Source of the DNA: an uncultured Chloroflexia bacterium | Lineage (GTDB): Bacteria > Chloroflexota > Limnocylindria > Limnocylindrales > CSP1-4 | Length of the DNA stretch: 64,000 bases | NCBI GenBank assembly: GCA_963713975.1 | Contig: OY970218.1 | Span: 2,336,001 to 2,400,000, forward strand | Direction: 5' to 3' | In this document: in pieces, positions 57,684 through 64,000 of the stretch | Numbering within the stretch: the stretch's first letter is position 1 | How the letters are laid out: each line of letters opens with the position of its first letter | Position numbers and translations under genes: made by a program | The notes under the pieces: model-generated | Databases searched by the model: none | What the model saw: the letters and a program-made list of their open reading frames with translations, nothing else | What the model was told of the DNA's origin: nothing

Positions 57684-58892
57684 ATGGAAGGCCTGCTGGT
57701 CATCGCGGTCGTGGGGCTGGCCATTGCGCTCGCGGCCGCCCTGCTGGTGATGCGCCGGCGGGCAAACGAGCTGGACAGCCTGGCGACCTCCCGCGCCGCC
57801 CTGGAGCCCCTGCGTCCGGTAGTCTCGGAGCCGGCCGCGATGCCATCGGCCGGGACGGAAGTCTGCGACATCCTTCCCGTTGGCGTGCTGCGGATCGACG
57901 GCGACCACCGCATCGTCACCGCCAATCCCCGTGCCCACGAGCTCCTTGGCGTCGCGCCCGGCATCCTGCCCGGACGCAGCGTGATGGAGGCGTTCCTGGA
58001 CGCCCGTCTCGAGGCGTTCCTGGACGGCGTGACCACGGGCGGGTCGGGCGTCACCGAGGCCAGGGCAGGCCGTAACGACCAGACGCTGCTCCACGTGCGT
58101 GCCCACCGTCACGCGCTCGACGACCTGGCCGTGACGCTGGAGGACGTCACGGAGCTCAGACGCCTCCAGCAGATCCGCACGGAGTTCATCGACAACCTGG
58201 GGCACGAGCTGCGGACGCCGCTGTCGACGGTGACGCTGCTCGCGGAGACGCTCGCGCGCGAGGCCGAGATGGCCGACGTCCCGCCGCGGATGCGGGAGCG
58301 CATCGCCCTGATCGAGGTCGAGTCGGGACACCTCGCCCAGATGGTCAACGAGATGCTGGACCTCGCCCGGATCGAGGGCGGATCGCAGCTCCAGCGCGAC
58401 GAGGACGTTGACCTCGGCCGGCTGGCAGCGGCCGCCACGGATCGCCTGCGGCTGTTCGCCGAGCGCAACGGCGTGACCCTCGTCGTGGACGCGGCCCCCG
58501 ACCTGCCCACGGTACGTGGCGACGAGTCGCGCCTCGGCCAGGTCGTGGTCAACCTGGTCCACAACGCCGTCAAGTTCAGCCCGGACGGCGGTGATGTCCG
58601 GGTGGAGGTCCGCCGGGATCGGAACGCGGTCGCCGTTGCCGTCATCGACCATGGGATCGGCATCGGCAGGACCGACCGGGCGCGGATCTTCGAGCGCTTC
58701 TACAAGGCCGATCGGGCCCGCATGCGCGGTGGGGGGACCGGCCTTGGCCTCGCCATCGCACGCAACGTCGTCGAGGGGCACGGAGGGAAGATCCGGGTCG
58801 ACTCGGAGGAGGGCCGTGGCTCCGTGTTCACCTTCACCATCCCGATCGACCAGCCCGCGGCGCAGCTGCCGGCATCGCCGCCGCCCGTCTGA
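57684..58892 (+). CDS. PhoR-like sensor histidine kinase (TM-PAS-HisKA-HATPase)
   Basis: DVTELRRL, HELRTPL, NAVKF, D.GIGI, IFERFYK.D.AR, GGTGLGL. Confidence 0.92.
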   Translation: MEGLLVIAVVGLAIALAAALLVMRRRANELDSLATSRAALEPLRPVVSEPAAMPSAGTEVCDILPVGVLRIDGDHRIVTANPRAHELLGVAPGILPGRSVMEAFLDARLEAFLDGVTTGGSGVTEARAGRNDQTLLHVRAHRHALDDLAVTLEDVTELRRLQQIRTEFIDNLGHELRTPLSTVTLLAETLAREAEMADVPPRMRERIALIEVESGHLAQMVNEMLDLARIEGGSQLQRDEDVDLGRLAAAATDRLRLFAERNGVTLVVDAAPDLPTVRGDESRLGQVVVNLVHNAVKFSPDGGDVRVEVRRDRNAVAVAVIDHGIGIGRTDRARIFERFYKADRARMRGGGTGLGLAIARNVVEGHGGKIRVDSEEGRGSVFTFTIPIDQPAAQLPASPPPV

Positions 58893-58909
58893 CGGAGGAG
58901 CCCGCGCCC

Positions 58910-59656
58910 ATGGACCGCCTGCTCGTTTCGACGCTCAACATCCGCAACCTCGCTGATCGCTGGGACGAGCGGCTGCCGCTCCTGCTTGCCGACATGGCGG
59001 CCCTCCAGCCGGACCTGATGGGGCTCAACGAGGTCGTGTACCCGCTGCAGCAGGACCGGCTGATGGGAGCAGCCGGCGAGGGTCGCTACGAGGCCGTCCG
59101 TGGCTGGGCGGGCCGTCCGGAGTATGGCAACAGCCTGCTGGTCCGGGCGCCGCTGGTCGCCACCGACGCCGACCGCCTCGACCTGGGCGCGACCCGGTCC
59201 GCCCACCGGGTGCAGGTCGTCCTCCCCGGTGGCGCGCGACTGGTCGTTGCCGTGGCTCACCTCCACCATGTTCCGGCTGACGGGGCGCTTCGCGATGCCC
59301 AGGTGGAGGCGCTGGCAGCCTGGCTGGATGCCTCGCCACCGCATGACGCGCTGATCGTGGTCGGGGACTTCAACGCGGAACCCACCGAGCCGGCGTATGG
59401 CCGGATGCGGGCCGCGGGATTCGGGTCCGCCTACGCCGATGCCAACGGTGTAGATCCGGCGGTCACCTGGCCGTCCGGGCTGGTGGCCCCGGCGGCGGAC
59501 AAGGACGGCGATCCCGGCTGTCTCGACTACATCTGGCTGCGTGGTGCGGTGCGCGCGGAGGATGCCCGGCTGGTCTTCGACCGCCCGGCCATCGGGGATC
59601 CCACGCTGTTCCCATCGGACCACTTCGGCCTGGCCGCACGGGTCGTGATCGAGTGA
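58910..59656 (+). CDS. Endonuclease/exonuclease/phosphatase (EEP) family protein
   Basis: TLNI, LNEV, HL, GDFN, LDYI, SDH. Confidence 0.9.
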   Translation: MDRLLVSTLNIRNLADRWDERLPLLLADMAALQPDLMGLNEVVYPLQQDRLMGAAGEGRYEAVRGWAGRPEYGNSLLVRAPLVATDADRLDLGATRSAHRVQVVLPGGARLVVAVAHLHHVPADGALRDAQVEALAAWLDASPPHDALIVVGDFNAEPTEPAYGRMRAAGFGSAYADANGVDPAVTWPSGLVAPAADKDGDPGCLDYIWLRGAVRAEDARLVFDRPAIGDPTLFPSDHFGLAARVVIE

Positions 59657-60321
59657 TGCCGACCCGGCCGCTGCGACTCGCGCACCGTGGCGACTGGCGG
59701 GCGGCGCCCGAGAACACGCTCGAGGCCTTCCGCGCCGCCATGCGGATCCCTGGCTGTGACGGAGTGGAGCTCGACGTCCGGCTGTCCCGTGACCGGGTCC
59801 CGATGGTCCTCCACGATGCAACCCTGGCCCGGGTGCAGCATCACCCGGAGGCCGTGGACGCGCTCGACGTCGCCAATCTCGAGGTCCTCGGCGTTCCCCG
59901 GCTGGCGACGGTCCTCGCGGAGCTCCCCGGCGCATGGCTGGACGTCGAGCTCAAGGGCGAGGATCACGGGCAGGCGACCGCCGCCGTCCTGCGCGCCGCC
60001 CGCGGCGCGGAACCCCGGAACGCGATCGTGTCCTCGTTCGACCCACCCGCGCTGGTCGCGATGGCGGACCTGCTCCCCGGCTGGGGACGCTGGCTGAACA
60101 CCGCCGACATGGCACCCGCCACGCTCTCGCTGGCGCTCGGTCTCGGCTGCCGCGGCATCGCCGTCCTGTGGGGCGCGATCACCCCGGCGTCGATGCGGAC
60201 GGCTCACGAGGCAGGGCTCGAGGTCGCTGCCTGGACGGTCCGCCGGCGCGCCACGTTCCAGAGGCTCGGCCGCCTCGGGGTCGTGACCTGCTGCGTCGAG
60301 GCGGCCGCGCTGGACGGCTGA
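59653..60321 (+). CDS. Glycerophosphodiester phosphodiesterase
   Basis: AHRG, ENT, ELDV, LHD, ELK, WTV. Confidence 0.9.
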   Translation: MMPTRPLRLAHRGDWRAAPENTLEAFRAAMRIPGCDGVELDVRLSRDRVPMVLHDATLARVQHHPEAVDALDVANLEVLGVPRLATVLAELPGAWLDVELKGEDHGQATAAVLRAARGAEPRNAIVSSFDPPALVAMADLLPGWGRWLNTADMAPATLSLALGLGCRGIAVLWGAITPASMRTAHEAGLEVAAWTVRRRATFQRLGRLGVVTCCVEAAALDG

Positions 60322-60332
60322 GGCTCCCCCGA

Positions 60333-62708
<2,376 letters not shown>

Positions 62709-62778
62709 GGCAGCCATGGTAGGTGCAGCCCGTCGATCCGTGTCCCCGGCCCGTCCCGCGGCGATCAGGTGGTGGCGC

Positions 62779-63846
62779 TCAGGCCGTTGCCGGCTCCGGC
62801 ACGCGATCCGTGGCCGTGGCCGCAGCCACGGCTGGCGGTGCGCTGTCGCCGAGGATCAGCTCCGTCGGCACCGTAATTGCCCTGGCGATGGGCGCGGTCT
62901 CGCCGCCCAGCGAGGCGATCAACTCGTGGACGGCGAGCTTGCCGATCTCCTGCAGGGGCTGGCGGATCGTCGTCAGCGACGGCGTGAACTCGGAGGCCTC
63001 CGGGAGGCCGTCGAAGCCGACCACCGCGAGCTGGTCCGGGATTGGGATCCCGCGCTTGTTGGCCACGTGGAGGGCGCCCAGTGCCATCTGATCGCTCGCG
63101 GCGAACAGGGCATCCACCGTCGGGTCCGCCTCGAGGATCCCCGCGAACGCCTTGGCGCCGCTCGCCGCGGTCCAGTCGCCGGCGACCATGGGTCCGGGCT
63201 CCAGCCCGGCCTCCGCAAGGGCCGCCAGCCACCCGTCCCTCCGGTCGCGGGCCTCGCGCCACTCGAGCGGACCCGCCAGGTGCGCGACCCGTTGCCTGCC
63301 CAGCGCCAGCAGGTGGCGGACCGCAGTCCCGGCTGCCGCCTCGTTGTCGATGCTGATGGACGCGAAGCGCGGGGACGGCTCGGCCTTGAGGAAGATGACC
63401 GGCGGCGTCGACTTCGGCAGCATGTCCTGGAGGTGGCGGAGGTTGGCGCCCATCTGGGGCGGGGCGAAGATGATCCCCTCGACCCGGTGCGCAACGAAGA
63501 ACTCGACGACGGGCACGATGTCCGGTACGTCGAAGCTGGCGAGCTCCTTGAGGATGATCGAGTAGCCCTCGGCCTCGGCGGCCTCGGTCATGCCATTGAC
63601 GGTCTGCGCGACGCCGTAGTACTTGAGGCCGGCCACGATCACGCCCAGCATCTGGCTGCGTCGCCGGACCAGGCTCCGGGCCACGGCGCTCGGCTGGAAG
63701 CCGTGCTCCTCGATGGCCGCCTCGATCGCCCGGCGTGTGTCCGGCGAGACGTCGGGCCGCTTGTTGATGACGCGCGAGACGGTCTGCGTCGAGACGCCCG
63801 TCATCCGGGCGATCTCCTTGATCGTGACCCTGTGCTGGCGCTGCAA
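62779..63846 (-). CDS. LacI family transcriptional regulator (TTG start)
   Basis: VTIKEIA...GVS..TVSRVIN, GFQPS..ARSL, VVGFDG, P.LTTI.Q; CAGGAG RBS. Confidence 0.93.
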   Translation of the reverse strand: MQRQHRVTIKEIARMTGVSTQTVSRVINKRPDVSPDTRRAIEAAIEEHGFQPSAVARSLVRRRSQMLGVIVAGLKYYGVAQTVNGMTEAAEAEGYSIILKELASFDVPDIVPVVEFFVAHRVEGIIFAPPQMGANLRHLQDMLPKSTPPVIFLKAEPSPRFASISIDNEAAAGTAVRHLLALGRQRVAHLAGPLEWREARDRRDGWLAALAEAGLEPGPMVAGDWTAASGAKAFAGILEADPTVDALFAASDQMALGALHVANKRGIPIPDQLAVVGFDGLPEASEFTPSLTTIRQPLQEIGKLAVHELIASLGGETAPIARAITVPTELILGDSAPPAVAAATATDRVPEPATA

Positions 63847-63915
63847 CTCTCGCGTGCTCCTGGCGGCTGGCCGTCCGCGTTGCGGAACGGTTGGGGATTG
63901 TGGTGGTGTGGTAGC

Positions 63916-63939
63916 GTGAACGGTAACGGGAACGATAAC
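63916..63939. promoter_or_regulatory. Two tandem LacI-type operators GTGAACGGTAAC / GGGAACGATAAC
   Basis: Two adjacent 12-bp CG-centred quasi-palindromes upstream of the LacI gene. Confidence 0.6.
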
Positions 63940-64000
63940 GGCCCGCGTGGATGTTGTCATCATGAAGACGCACCGGGGCCGTCCCATCCCGCGATCTTCG

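Overview
High-GC bacterial chromosomal window, densely coding (about 60 genes). Gene content and sequence style suggest a Chloroflexota (Limnocylindria/Ellin6529-like) or similar monoderm; this is inference. Main modules: an Eis-like acetyltransferase end; a sufB-sufD-Rieske operon under an Rrf2/CymR-like box; a ferritin-VIT1 iron exporter; lgt-plsC; pckA-mdh; a large S8 protease; a degenerate Lgt paralog; and a reductive pyrimidine catabolism cluster (hydA, LLM/F420 oxidoreductase, beta-ureidopropionase, class III aminotransferase) split by a compositionally atypical insert encoding a secreted beta-hairpin-rich protein and a membrane-anchored partner. Further right: htrA-moxR-DUF58-VWA; a MarR-MacAB-type efflux operon; ArsR-SRPBCC/DUF1801; upp; an asparaginase-II-like/J-domain/DtxR-like trio with altered metal ligands; gltX; a phosphate module (PhoB-like regulator, pit, DUF47, PhoR-like kinase, EEP, GDPD) interleaved with proS; class II uvrA; and a LacI regulator. 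Leaderless-type promoters are pervasive. Several small ORFs or true starts are missed by the ORF track, and two homopolymer +1 frameshifts (likely sequencing errors) are visible. No tRNA, rRNA, CRISPR, integrase or transposase was recognised.
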